Assembly (NCBI GenBank): GCA_964586025.1
Contig: CAZPGF010000004.1
Span: 1 to 47,764 of the forward strand
Origin: an uncultured Planctomycetales bacterium
GTDB lineage: Bacteria; Planctomycetota; PLA2; JAEUHO01
DNA: 47,764 nucleotides
Direction: 5' to 3'
Below the pieces are notes generated by a model that was not told the DNA's origin, searched no databases, and saw only the letters and a program-made list of their open reading frames with translations. Positions 36,495 to 45,537 of this stretch are shown here, piece by piece. The number at the start of each line of letters is the position of its first letter. Positions within the stretch are counted from its first letter, which is position 1. A program made the translations under genes and the position numbers.

Positions 36495-37741
36495 CGCATC
36501 GGTTCTGGACGCACCGGCGTGCCGGGGAAGACACGCTCGTTGCCACGCACGATCACGCTGTCTCCGGCGGCGAGGGGTCCCTGGACCTCGACGTCCTCGC
36601 CCGCGGTCACGCCGAGGCGCACGACGACGGGCCGGACGGTCGACGTCGTCGCGTCGACGAGGTAGATCAGCGGGTCCCGTCCCCCGAGCACGATGGCGTC
36701 CTTCGGGACGACGAGCGCCGTTCGCTCCGGTCCGACCGCGAAGTGCACGCGCGCGAACATGCCTGGGCGCAACAACCGTCCCCGTTCGTCGTCGCGTCCG
36801 GGAAGTCGCACCCGAACGGGCAGCGTGCGGGACTTCGCGTCGACGACCGGCATCAGCCGGTGGACGACGCCGGCGACGAACCGGCCGGGCAGCGCGTCCA
36901 CCTCGACGCCGACTTCGAGACCCACCCGAAGGCTCGCAACGTCGTCCTCGAGCACGGGCACGTCGACATCTAGGTGGGTGAGATCGACGAGGTCGGCGAC
37001 GGCGGAGCCGGGAGCGACCCAGGTGCCGGGTTCGACGAGCCGCTCGACGACGACGCCGGCGAACGGCGCACGGATCTCATGACGCGCCTTCTCGTCGTCG
37101 AGGCGCGCCACGACCGCTTCCTGCGCCCGTACGCGGGCGCGCGCCTGCGCCTTCCTCTCCTCGCGAGGGCCGGCGCGGAGCAGCGCGAGCGTGGCGGACA
37201 GTCGCTCGATGCGCGCGCGCGTCGTCGCGACCAGCCGATGCGCGTCGCGCACCGCCTCTTCGGTCTCACGGCTCTGCTGGCGCAGCCGTTCGGCGACCTC
37301 GAGCTTCCACGTGTAGGTCTCGAGGTCGGCGCGGGACGACGCGAGGTCGGCCTCGACTTCCGCGATCTCCTCGGGACGGGTGCCGGCATCCAGTTCGGCG
37401 AGTTCTTCACGACGGAGTTCGAGGTCGGCCGCGGCCTCGGCGATGCGCGGTTCGAGGCTGTCCGTCCGCAGCCGCGCCAGCACCTGACGCTCCTCGACGG
37501 CGACGCCCTCGTCGATGCCGACCCACTCCACGTACCCGGCGACCTCGACGCCGACGCGTCCGCGACGATCGGCGCGGATCGTGCCGACGTAGGAGCGGTC
37601 GGTGCCGACGGCCCGTTCGCGGACCGGAACGACCACGACGACCGGTCCCTGCGGCGGGTCGGCGGCCGCCAGCGGTCGCGCCGGCCAGAGCGCGAGCCCG
37701 AGCAACGGAACGGCCGCCGCAATGAGGGGCAGGCGAGGCAT
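36491..37741 (-). CDS. RND periplasmic adaptor (membrane fusion protein)
   Basis: Lipoyl-like halves flanking a coiled coil; IRAPFAGVV, LRPGMFARV, VPKDAIV; TGA overlaps the permease ATG. Confidence 0.92.
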   Translation of the reverse strand: MPRLPLIAAAVPLLGLALWPARPLAAADPPQGPVVVVVPVRERAVGTDRSYVGTIRADRRGRVGVEVAGYVEWVGIDEGVAVEERQVLARLRTDSLEPRIAEAAADLELRREELAELDAGTRPEEIAEVEADLASSRADLETYTWKLEVAERLRQQSRETEEAVRDAHRLVATTRARIERLSATLALLRAGPREERKAQARARVRAQEAVVARLDDEKARHEIRAPFAGVVVERLVEPGTWVAPGSAVADLVDLTHLDVDVPVLEDDVASLRVGLEVGVEVDALPGRFVAGVVHRLMPVVDAKSRTLPVRVRLPGRDDERGRLLRPGMFARVHFAVGPERTALVVPKDAIVLGGRDPLIYLVDATTSTVRPVVVRLGVTAGEDVEVQGPLAAGDSVIVRGNERVFPGTPVRPEPMR

Positions 37742-37772
37742 GGAACCTCCGTGGGAAGAGCGGCCCCGTACC

Positions 37773-38894
37773 CTACCGAGGCCTCTCCGGACTGCCTTCC
37801 GAGGACGCCCCGTCGGGCATGGGCCTGACCGTCCGGCCCGAGCGCGCGACTTCGTCGAGCGCGATCAGTTCGGGATGCACGCCGCCGATCCAGCGCAGGA
37901 GGTCCTTGGCCCGATCCCCGTCCCATGCGGCGCCTGCCATCCACCACGTCACCGCCGGCACTCCGTCCCGGTGGGCCTCGACGCCCCAGAGGGGTTCGAA
38001 CCCCGGACCGAGCGAAAACCGCGCGTCGGCGAGCCGTTGCGTGCGATCCCCGGCCGTCGTCCACCCGTCGGCGAAGCGGGTGAGGCGGGTTCCGACGTCG
38101 ATCAGGCGAGATCGCTCCGCGCTCCGCCCGGAGTCGGCCCAATGCTCCACGTCCAGCCTCGCGCGACGGCCGCCGTGAGCGCCCCGCGTGGCGGCAAAGG
38201 GCAGGGGACGCAGGAGGTCCGCGACGATCTCGCGATCGACTTCGACGAGCGAGCGCCAGACCAAGAGGCTCCCTGGCAACGGCATCACGCGGGCACGCCG
38301 CGGCGTCTCGCCTCGGGCCTCGACGACGGCGGCCTGCGCCCTCTCCGCGCCGTCCTTCTGGACGAGGGCCAGCGCGACGTAGAGGACGAGGAACGCGCCG
38401 ACCCACCGTGTCGGGCCGCTCCCGCGCCGCCACGCGGCGATCGTTCCGATCAGCAGCACGAGGGTGAAGAGGGGATCGACGATCGGGAAGAGGTCCAGGG
38501 TCCAGTCCGTCATCGAGAACGGCCAGAGGATCTTCGTCCCGTACGAGGTGCAGAGGTCCAGCGGAGCGTGGGTCAGGGCGCCGATGATCGACGCGGCGAT
38601 CACAAGTCCCCCGTGCGCTCGCCAGCGAGGGACCAGCAGCAGGAGCAGCCCCGCGACGAGCAGGCCAAGGAAAGGGGCGAGCACGATCGCGTGGGTGAAG
38701 TGGCGATGGAGTTCCCACGGCATCGCCGGATCGGCGAGGGGCTGGAGGACGACATCGGCGTCCGGAACGAGGCCGCCGACGAGTCCGGCGACCGAGCAGG
38801 CGTGGCGGCGTCCGGGGTGGGACGCCGATCGCGGTCCGGCGAGCGCGGCCTGGGCGGCGACCGCGCCGAGAAGGCCCTGGGTGAGGGGATCCAC
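37773..38894 (-). CDS. Membrane-bound metal-dependent hydrolase (YdjM-like)
   Basis: GTG 38894: VDPLTQGLLG; PDAD, HRHFTHA, THAPLDLCTSYGT. Confidence 0.85.
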   Translation of the reverse strand: MDPLTQGLLGAVAAQAALAGPRSASHPGRRHACSVAGLVGGLVPDADVVLQPLADPAMPWELHRHFTHAIVLAPFLGLLVAGLLLLLVPRWRAHGGLVIAASIIGALTHAPLDLCTSYGTKILWPFSMTDWTLDLFPIVDPLFTLVLLIGTIAAWRRGSGPTRWVGAFLVLYVALALVQKDGAERAQAAVVEARGETPRRARVMPLPGSLLVWRSLVEVDREIVADLLRPLPFAATRGAHGGRRARLDVEHWADSGRSAERSRLIDVGTRLTRFADGWTTAGDRTQRLADARFSLGPGFEPLWGVEAHRDGVPAVTWWMAGAAWDGDRAKDLLRWIGGVHPELIALDEVARSGRTVRPMPDGASSEGSPERPR

Positions 38895-38908
38895 CGGGAG
38901 GTCTGGTT

Positions 38909-39739
38909 CTACTGATCGAACGTTTCGGCGAGGAAGCGGTCGGCGGCGTCCCACGCGCGACGGGCGGCGACGGCGCTGTACGCCGCGCCCTTCGAGGGAT
39001 CGTCGCCCGCGGCCGGCTCGGTGAAGGAGTGGACGGCGTTCGCGAGGACCAGGATCTGGTGATCGACGCGCGCCGCCTTCAATTCCTTCCACAGCGCCAA
39101 CACATCCGCCTCGGGGACGAACGGGTCGTCGCCGCCGTGGCAGACGAGCACGCGCGCCTTCACCCGTCCCGACTCCGCCGGATGCTGGGTCTTCAGGCTG
39201 CCGTGGAAACTGACGACCCCCTGCACGTCGGCGCCGTCGCGCGCGAGTTCGAGCGCGGTCGCGCCGCCGAAGCAGAAGCCGATCGCGGCCAGGCGCCCCG
39301 GATCGACCTCGGGCAACCGGCGGAGCTCCTCCAGTCCGGCGCGGGCGCGAGCGCGCATCAGCGCCGGATCGGCGTAGAGGCCGCCAGCGAGGCGCGACGC
39401 TTCGGCGCTGTCCTTCGCGTAGACACCCTTGCCGTACATGTCCAACGCGAGGGCGACGTAGCCGAGGCGCGCCATCCGTTCGGCCACCTTCCGGTCGAAC
39501 TCGCCGCGCCCGCGCCATGCGTGGCAGATCAGCACGCCGGGAACCCGCTGGTCCTCCGCACGTCCGGGCGGGCGCTGCAGCCACCCCTCGAGTTCCACCT
39601 CGCCGTGGCGGTAGGCGAGGGGCTGCCCGTGACGATCCTCGGCGACGGAGCGATCCTCCTCGGCATCAGTCGCGGACCCGAGACAAAGGCTGGCGCCGAG
39701 CAGCCCGGCGCCAACGAACGCGATCCAGGAAGCGTGCAT
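38909..39739 (-). CDS. Dienelactone hydrolase family protein (exported)
   Basis: GFCFGG nucleophile motif, VSFHG, HGGDDPFV, AVHSFT; ATG 39739 after GGAGGTCCCTCCC. Confidence 0.92.
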   Translation of the reverse strand: MHASWIAFVGAGLLGASLCLGSATDAEEDRSVAEDRHGQPLAYRHGEVELEGWLQRPPGRAEDQRVPGVLICHAWRGRGEFDRKVAERMARLGYVALALDMYGKGVYAKDSAEASRLAGGLYADPALMRARARAGLEELRRLPEVDPGRLAAIGFCFGGATALELARDGADVQGVVSFHGSLKTQHPAESGRVKARVLVCHGGDDPFVPEADVLALWKELKAARVDHQILVLANAVHSFTEPAAGDDPSKGAAYSAVAARRAWDAADRFLAETFDQ

Positions 39740-39882
39740 GGGAGGGACCTCCGGGGAATGAGGTCCGCTCACGGTACGCCGCGACGCGCGTGCGGCGAGG
39801 TGCGCACAGGGACCCCGATCGTGCCATTCCGTCGAGGGGGTCGCTGACCCTGCGAACGAGCGGCTACGCAGATCGGGGACGC

Positions 39883-40248
39883 TCAGCGTCGGTCGTCGGT
39901 CGCGCGTCGCGTCACGGCGAGCAGGGCCTCCCGCAACTCCTCCGGGGCCTCGGACACCCGGGCGCTGCGCGCCCGCTGCCGCTCCCGCTGCTCCTCGGAC
40001 CATGTCGCTGGATCGATCCGCGACGCGACGGACACGTCGTCGTCGCGCCGGATGAGCCCACCGAACAGCCCGGGGTCGTCGCGGGCCAGCGCCGCGAGGT
40101 GCTCTTCCACGCGACGGGTGAAGTCCGGCGCGGGACGCGGATCCAGATTCTGGAGCATCCGGACGAAGGTGAGCACAAGGAGGCCCAGCAGGAGCGCCGC
40201 GAGCCACGTGAGCCGGCTGCGCGAGGAGGATCGGGACGCCGCTTCCAT
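39883..40248 (-). CDS. Small hypothetical single-TM protein
   Basis: One hydrophobic helix; 24 bp downstream of the EEP gene on the same strand. Confidence 0.55.
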   Translation of the reverse strand: MEAASRSSSRSRLTWLAALLLGLLVLTFVRMLQNLDPRPAPDFTRRVEEHLAALARDDPGLFGGLIRRDDDVSVASRIDPATWSEEQRERQRARSARVSEAPEELREALLAVTRRATDDRR

Positions 40249-40272
40249 CGTCGCGACGACTCTACCGGGCGA

Positions 40273-41040
40273 TCACGCCGGCGCCCACCCGACGTGCGCC
40301 AACAGCGGCAGGTGGTCACTGAGCACGGACCACGGAGCCCCGCGCAACACGGCGGCATCGAGCGCGTGGATCCCGCGCCCGTAGAGGCGGTCGAGCGGCA
40401 ACATCGGCCGCTCCACCGGAAACGTGCTGCGCTGGCGCCAGGCCCGCGTCCCCAGCAGGTTCCTCGCGTCGAGGCGGCGAACGACGTGCGCGTCGAGGCG
40501 CGACGTCCAGTCGTTGAAGTCTCCACCGAGCAGCCAGGGCTCCCCTTCGGGCACGTGTTCGGCGACGAACTCGGCGATTCCCCTCACCTGCCGGCGGCGT
40601 TGCATCGCGTTCAGACCGAGGTGGGTGTTCACCACGTGGAGCGACGGGCGCCCGGGCAGGTCCAAATGGACGTGGAGCAGGCCGCGGCGTTCGTAGGAGT
40701 TGGTCGAGATATCGCGATGGCGCACCCGGGCCGGGGCGACCCGCGCCAAAATGGCGTTGCCGTGGTGTCCGCGCGCGTACCGGCTGTTCGGCACGTAGGC
40801 CGCCTGCATCCCCAGCAACGTGGCCAGTTCGACGCTTTGCGCGAGACCCTCCGCGGCGTGGAAGACCTCCTGGAGGAGCAGCACGTCCGCGCCGGTGGAC
40901 GCGAGGGCCTCCGCAAGCCGTTCCATGGGCACGGGAACGTTTTTGCGGTCCCGGCCCTTGTGCATGTTCCACGTCAGGACGCGCAGCGTCTCGACCGAAG
41001 GGGCGGTATCGGGGGGGGCGGGACGGGAGGTGGTCGGCAT
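40273..41040 (-). CDS. Endonuclease/exonuclease/phosphatase family protein (YbhP-like)
   Basis: LTWNMHKG, LLQEV, GNAIL, NTHLGL, GDFNDW, LDRLY, SDHLPL. Confidence 0.93.
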   Translation of the reverse strand: MPTTSRPAPPDTAPSVETLRVLTWNMHKGRDRKNVPVPMERLAEALASTGADVLLLQEVFHAAEGLAQSVELATLLGMQAAYVPNSRYARGHHGNAILARVAPARVRHRDISTNSYERRGLLHVHLDLPGRPSLHVVNTHLGLNAMQRRRQVRGIAEFVAEHVPEGEPWLLGGDFNDWTSRLDAHVVRRLDARNLLGTRAWRQRSTFPVERPMLPLDRLYGRGIHALDAAVLRGAPWSVLSDHLPLLAHVGWAPA

Positions 41041-41120
41041 GGGGCGGCGCGCCAGGATACTCGTCGGCGGGCGGACCCGGTTCCGTCCCGTCGGCTCCGT
41101 CCGAGCGAATCCCGGACCCG

Positions 41121-42506
41121 TCAGACGAGCGGAGCCAGAATTCCGGAGACGTCCTCGGCGAACTGCCGCAGCGGGTGCCCGGGCTTCGGCGTGTGGGGCC
41201 GGCAGTCGGCGATCAGCGCCTCGGCGAAGGCCTCGATCGCCTCGACCTCCCGGCGGCCGCAGAGCATCAGGCTGATCTCGTGGTTCAGGTACAGGCTGCG
41301 CCGGTCGAAGTTCGCGCTGCCGACGATGGCCATCTCGTCGTCGAACAGGAACAGCTTGGCGTGGACCATCGGTCCCGGAACCAGGTAGACCCGCGCGCCG
41401 GCCTGAACCAGGGTGCGCAGCGCATGGCCACGCGCGAGGTCGGCCAGCAGGTGGTCACTGCTCTCCGGCAGGATGATGCGGACGTCGGCTCCCTGACGAA
41501 CCGTGACGAGCAACGACTGGAGCAGGGTCTCGTCCGGCACGAAGTACGGTGTGACGATCCAGACCCGACGCTTCGCGCCGATCACCGAGAGCAGAAGGAT
41601 GTCGCGCAGCGGGTCGTCGGGCGTGTCGGGCCCGTTCGCGACGAGCCGGGCCGGGCCGAGACCCGTCGCCGCGGGCGGCGGACCCGGGTCGAGATCCTCG
41701 TTGGCGGCGAACTGCCAATCGCGGCGGAACACCTCCGAGATGTCCCCGACGACCGGCCCCTCGACGCGGACCAGCGTGTCGATCCAGCGATCCGCGAGAC
41801 CCGACTCGGGCCCGAGATAGGTCGCTCCGATGTTCATCCCGCCGACGAACGCGATGCGATGATCGACGATGACCGACTTCCGATGATTGCGGAGGTTTGC
41901 GGACCACGGCCTCGCGAGCGGCTGAACGGGCAGGAACACCTCCACCCGGCCGCCGGCCTTTCGGATCGGCGCGACGAACCGGCCCTTCGTCCGCCAGCAC
42001 CCGAGGCCGTCCAGGAGAAGGCGCACCTCGACGCCTTCGCCGGCCTTCTTCGCCAGCGCCCGGACGACCGCGCGCCCGATGTCGTCGGCCTGCAGGATGA
42101 AGGTGCACACCCAGATCGATTCCTTCGCTCCCTCGATCGCACCCATCAGTTCGGTCCACGCCTCGGTGCTGTCGGCGGCGAGTTGAATCGAGTTCCCCTC
42201 GCGGACCGGAGGCTGACCGGCGGCGCGCAACGTCGCGTCCGTTCCGTAGCGGTCCGTGATCGTCCTCGACGTCGGGCGTTGGGGGACATAGAGCGGTTGC
42301 TTGCGAACCATCACGCGTCGCATCTTCCGCGTGCCGAACAGCAGATAGAACGGGACGCCGACGTACGGCAGGAACACGATCACCAGAAGCCACGCCACGG
42401 TCACCGACGGGGACTCCCTCTGACCGAGAACGCGGGTGATCAAGAGGACGCCGAGCGCGAGGCCGAGGATCGTGGCCAGATGCTGCGTGACGAACGACCA
42501 GGGCAT
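41121..42506 (-). CDS. cls: Cardiolipin synthase (phospholipase D family)
   Basis: N-terminal PLDc_N-like TMs (AWLLVIVFLPYVG); two HKD motifs, NHRKSVIVD and VHAKLFLFD; ATG 42506. Confidence 0.92.
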   Translation of the reverse strand: MPWSFVTQHLATILGLALGVLLITRVLGQRESPSVTVAWLLVIVFLPYVGVPFYLLFGTRKMRRVMVRKQPLYVPQRPTSRTITDRYGTDATLRAAGQPPVREGNSIQLAADSTEAWTELMGAIEGAKESIWVCTFILQADDIGRAVVRALAKKAGEGVEVRLLLDGLGCWRTKGRFVAPIRKAGGRVEVFLPVQPLARPWSANLRNHRKSVIVDHRIAFVGGMNIGATYLGPESGLADRWIDTLVRVEGPVVGDISEVFRRDWQFAANEDLDPGPPPAATGLGPARLVANGPDTPDDPLRDILLLSVIGAKRRVWIVTPYFVPDETLLQSLLVTVRQGADVRIILPESSDHLLADLARGHALRTLVQAGARVYLVPGPMVHAKLFLFDDEMAIVGSANFDRRSLYLNHEISLMLCGRREVEAIEAFAEALIADCRPHTPKPGHPLRQFAEDVSGILAPLV

Positions 42507-42575
42507 GAAGCACCCCCGAGAGGATCGCGTCGCTCGATCGCGGCGCACCGGACGCATGGGGTACCATGCGGCCAC

Positions 42576-43775
42576 GTGCGCGCGGACCGCAAGCCCATTC
42601 ACGGCGGCCGATTCGTGTCCCGTTTCGTCGACGAAACGAACGGCGCCACGCTGCCGCTCGATCGAGCCGCGATCGAGGACCTGGTCGAGATCGCGTTCTC
42701 GGCCAGCCTGGAACCGGACGAGGGGCGCACCCCGACGCCGCTCCTCTACGTCCCCGACCCGCGTGCCGTCCACGACCGGTCGGGCATCCTGGCGATCCGT
42801 TTCGACGAACCGCTCGTGCTCACGGCGGAGCGGGTCCGTCGGCTCGCCCGAGTCGTTCCGCAGCGCCCCCACGCGCTGTTCGTCGCGCCGCACGACGGGC
42901 GGTTGGTCTGCATCGGGACCGGCGTCGTCGAGCGCCTGCGCCTCCAGGCGTTCCGCCCGGCGGTCGGCCTCTACCTGGCGGTGCAGGGGCCGGGACGCCT
43001 GACGCTGTCCGGCCCGTCGTTGCCGATCGTCGAGTGGCGCGGCGACGACGTGCGCCGCGTCCACGACGTCAGTCACGCGTCGTTGTTCCGCGAGGTCTGC
43101 CAGACCGCGCTGGAGCTCCGCATGCGCGACCTCGGTCTGGACTCGAGCCTGCTCGAACACGCGATGCTCGATGACGAGTACCGCGCGGTGCTCGGCGTCG
43201 CGCTCGGCGCAGTGATCGCGGGCATTCGCGACGCGGGGCGCGGCGGGTGCGTCGTCGTCCTGCCGCGCGACCAGAGCGACGTTCCGCCGCTCGTTCGCCT
43301 CGGCTACGCCACGCACGGGCCCGATGTCGCACGCCGTCTCACGCGGCGCCTCGCCGACGTCGATCGAGGCGAGGTCCCCGAACCCGCCGTCCTCCGCAAA
43401 GATCTCCACGACGCGCTCGCCCTCGCCCGGATGGGCTCCGTCGACGGATGCCTGGTGTTCGACGCCCGCCTGAACTGCCGCGGCTTCGGCGCGAAGATCC
43501 ACGGCGTGCAACTGCCCGCGTGCCGCGCGGTGGACGCCCCGCTCGACGCGGCGCCGGATCTCGTGGAGCGCGCTTCGCCGTGGGATCTCGCCGCGCGCGG
43601 GACCCGGCATCAGTCGGCCGCGACGCTGTGCCTCCGGCTTCCGGGGACGGTTGCGATCGTGATCTCGCAGGACGGGGAGATCTCGGCGATGGGCAGCCCG
43701 GACGGGCGATTGGTCCACGTCGCCAATCCGCTGGGGACATACGTGGGGTGGAGCGGTACGATCGACTCGGCGTGA
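42576..43775 (+). CDS. Divergent DisA_N/DAC (diadenylate cyclase-like) protein with an N-terminal putative sensor region
   Basis: IAFSASLEPDEGR near the N-terminus; SVDGCLVFD...GFGAKI; GTRHQSAA; AIVISQDG; start GTG 42576 or 42615. Confidence 0.75.
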   Translation: MRADRKPIHGGRFVSRFVDETNGATLPLDRAAIEDLVEIAFSASLEPDEGRTPTPLLYVPDPRAVHDRSGILAIRFDEPLVLTAERVRRLARVVPQRPHALFVAPHDGRLVCIGTGVVERLRLQAFRPAVGLYLAVQGPGRLTLSGPSLPIVEWRGDDVRRVHDVSHASLFREVCQTALELRMRDLGLDSSLLEHAMLDDEYRAVLGVALGAVIAGIRDAGRGGCVVVLPRDQSDVPPLVRLGYATHGPDVARRLTRRLADVDRGEVPEPAVLRKDLHDALALARMGSVDGCLVFDARLNCRGFGAKIHGVQLPACRAVDAPLDAAPDLVERASPWDLAARGTRHQSAATLCLRLPGTVAIVISQDGEISAMGSPDGRLVHVANPLGTYVGWSGTIDSA

Positions 43776-43812
43776 GCTCCCGGCGGAAGCCCGGGCTTGT
43801 CGCGGGAGGGCC

Positions 43813-44388
43813 ATGGCTCGCATCGTCGTCACGAGCGGAAGCGCGCGACGCGCCTCCTTCAACACGCGCCTCGCGCGCCTCGCGGACGCGCTCGCTCGGG
43901 AGGCCGGCGCCGAGTCGCGGCTCGTCGATCCCACGACGCTGCGGGTTCCGCTCTACGACGGCGATCTCGAGGCGTCCGACGGGATCCCGGAAGGTGCCCG
44001 CACGTTCAAGGGCGCCCTCGTCGGCTGCGACGGATTCGTGCTGGCCTGCCCGGAGTACAACTCGTCCATCACCCCGCTGCTCAAGAACGCGATCGATTGG
44101 GCATCGCGAGCGGAGGGGGACGAGTCTCCGCTCGTCGCCTTCCGGGGTCGCGCGGCGCTGCTGCTCTCGACGGCGCCCGGGGCGCTCGGCGGACTGCGCG
44201 GACTCTCGACCGTCCGCGCGATCCTCGCGAACCTCGGCGTCCACGTGTTCCCGGATCAACTCGCGATACCCGGAGCGGCGAGGGCCTTCGACGAGGAGGG
44301 GGGTCTCGTGGACGCGACGATGCGCGAGCGGTTGCACGGGCTCGTGACGCGCTTCGTCGATTTCACGTCGCGGCTCGTCGCCCGCTGA
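43813..44388 (+). CDS. NADPH-dependent FMN reductase
   Basis: SGSARRASFN, PLYDGDLE, PEYNSSITPLLKNAIDWASR, GGLRGL. Confidence 0.95.
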   Translation: MARIVVTSGSARRASFNTRLARLADALAREAGAESRLVDPTTLRVPLYDGDLEASDGIPEGARTFKGALVGCDGFVLACPEYNSSITPLLKNAIDWASRAEGDESPLVAFRGRAALLLSTAPGALGGLRGLSTVRAILANLGVHVFPDQLAIPGAARAFDEEGGLVDATMRERLHGLVTRFVDFTSRLVAR

Positions 44389-44436
44389 ATCCGATCGCAC
44401 CGCAACCGAGGTTCGACGTTCCCCAAGGAGTCTCCG

Positions 44437-44985
44437 ATGCCCACGCTGCTCTTGCTTCTCGTCACGATGGTCCTGCTCGCCGCTCTCGGTCTGGGCGTCC
44501 AGGGTGCCGGCGCCGGCGACGCACCGCGCCCTCTTCAGGTCGGCGACGCCGCGCCGACCTGGCGCCTCAACGACGATTCGGGCCGCGCCATCGCGCTGGC
44601 CGACTCGCGCGACACGCACTGGGTGGTGCTCGCGTTCTATCCGAAGGCCAGCACGTCGGGTTGCACCGCCGAGATGTGCTCCCTGCGCGACAACCTCGCG
44701 GACCTGGGGGGGCTCGACGCGCGCGTCTACGGCATCAGCATCGACGACGTCGTGTCGCAACGCGCGTTCCGGGAGGCGCAGAAGCTCACGTTCCCGCTGC
44801 TGAGCGATCCGGACGGCAGCGTCGCCCGCAAGTACGAGGTCCTTCCGGCCGATGCGAGGTTCACGCAGCGCGTGACGTTCGTCATCGATCCGCAGGGCGT
44901 CCTCCGTCACATCGATCGCGCCGTCGGCGTCAGCACGCACGGTCGTGACGTCGCGGAGCGTCTCCGTTCGCTTCGCGCGAAGTGA
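44437..44985 (+). CDS. Peroxiredoxin, BCP/PrxQ type, with a signal-like N-terminus
   Basis: FYPKASTSGCTAEMC (PxxxTxxC plus resolving Cys), FPLLSDPDG, RVTFVID. Confidence 0.9.
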   Translation: MPTLLLLLVTMVLLAALGLGVQGAGAGDAPRPLQVGDAAPTWRLNDDSGRAIALADSRDTHWVVLAFYPKASTSGCTAEMCSLRDNLADLGGLDARVYGISIDDVVSQRAFREAQKLTFPLLSDPDGSVARKYEVLPADARFTQRVTFVIDPQGVLRHIDRAVGVSTHGRDVAERLRSLRAK

Positions 44986-45000
44986 CGGTCGGGGCCGCCC

Positions 45001-45471
45001 ATGACCCGTCGCACATGGACCGGACGACATCTCGACGTGACCTTCGACGCCGAGGTCTGCATCCACGCGGCCGAGTGCCTGCGGCGCCTGCCGCAGGTCT
45101 TCGACACACGCCGCAGGCCGTGGATCCTGCCGGACGCCGCCTTGCCCGACGCCGTGCGCGAAGCCGTGGCCCACTGCCCGAGCGGCGCCTTGGCGATCGT
45201 CGAGAAGTCCGCGCAGGCGGCGGCGGAAGGCCCGCCGCCCGCGGACGCCCCGGCGACGACGCCGGTCGTCGTCGAGATTCCCGGTCACGGCCCCCTGCGC
45301 GTGCGCGGTGGGCCGGTGCGCGTCGTCGCGGCGGACGGCACGGTGCTGCGCGAGAGCGACCGATTCTCCCTCTGCGGCTGCGGTCGCTCCGCGACCATCC
45401 CCTTCTGCGACGGCACCCACAAGACCCCCGATCCGCGAAGCCGTTCGTTCCCAGGGTCAGAGACCCCCTGA
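45001..45471 (+). CDS. Divergent 4Fe-4S (YjdI-like) domain fused to a CDGSH Fe-S domain
   Basis: CIHAAEC...CPSGAL; LCGCGRSATIPFCDGTH; stop TGA at 45469-45471 lies inside an IS-end motif. Confidence 0.88.
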   Translation: MTRRTWTGRHLDVTFDAEVCIHAAECLRRLPQVFDTRRRPWILPDAALPDAVREAVAHCPSGALAIVEKSAQAAAEGPPPADAPATTPVVVEIPGHGPLRVRGGPVRVVAADGTVLRESDRFSLCGCGRSATIPFCDGTHKTPDPRSRSFPGSETP

Positions 45472-45479
45472 ACGGATAC
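45463..45479 (-). repeat. IS66-type end, right end of a leftward unit
   Basis: Reverse complement GTATCCGTTCAGGGGGT, 16/17 identical to 47710-47726. Confidence 0.75.
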
Positions 45480-45537
45480 GGGAGTTGGTAACCGTTCAGC
45501 CCTAATTCTGGCGGAACTATCAACCGACTGACGGGGT

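Noticed and set aside
31923-36665. 1580-aa plus-strand ORF, and similar long ORFs (1809..4325, 16407..19601, 25077..28061, 7770..10124)
   Set aside because: Shadow frames of well-supported genes. They are rich in Arg/Gly/His/Asp with no motifs, as expected at high GC.
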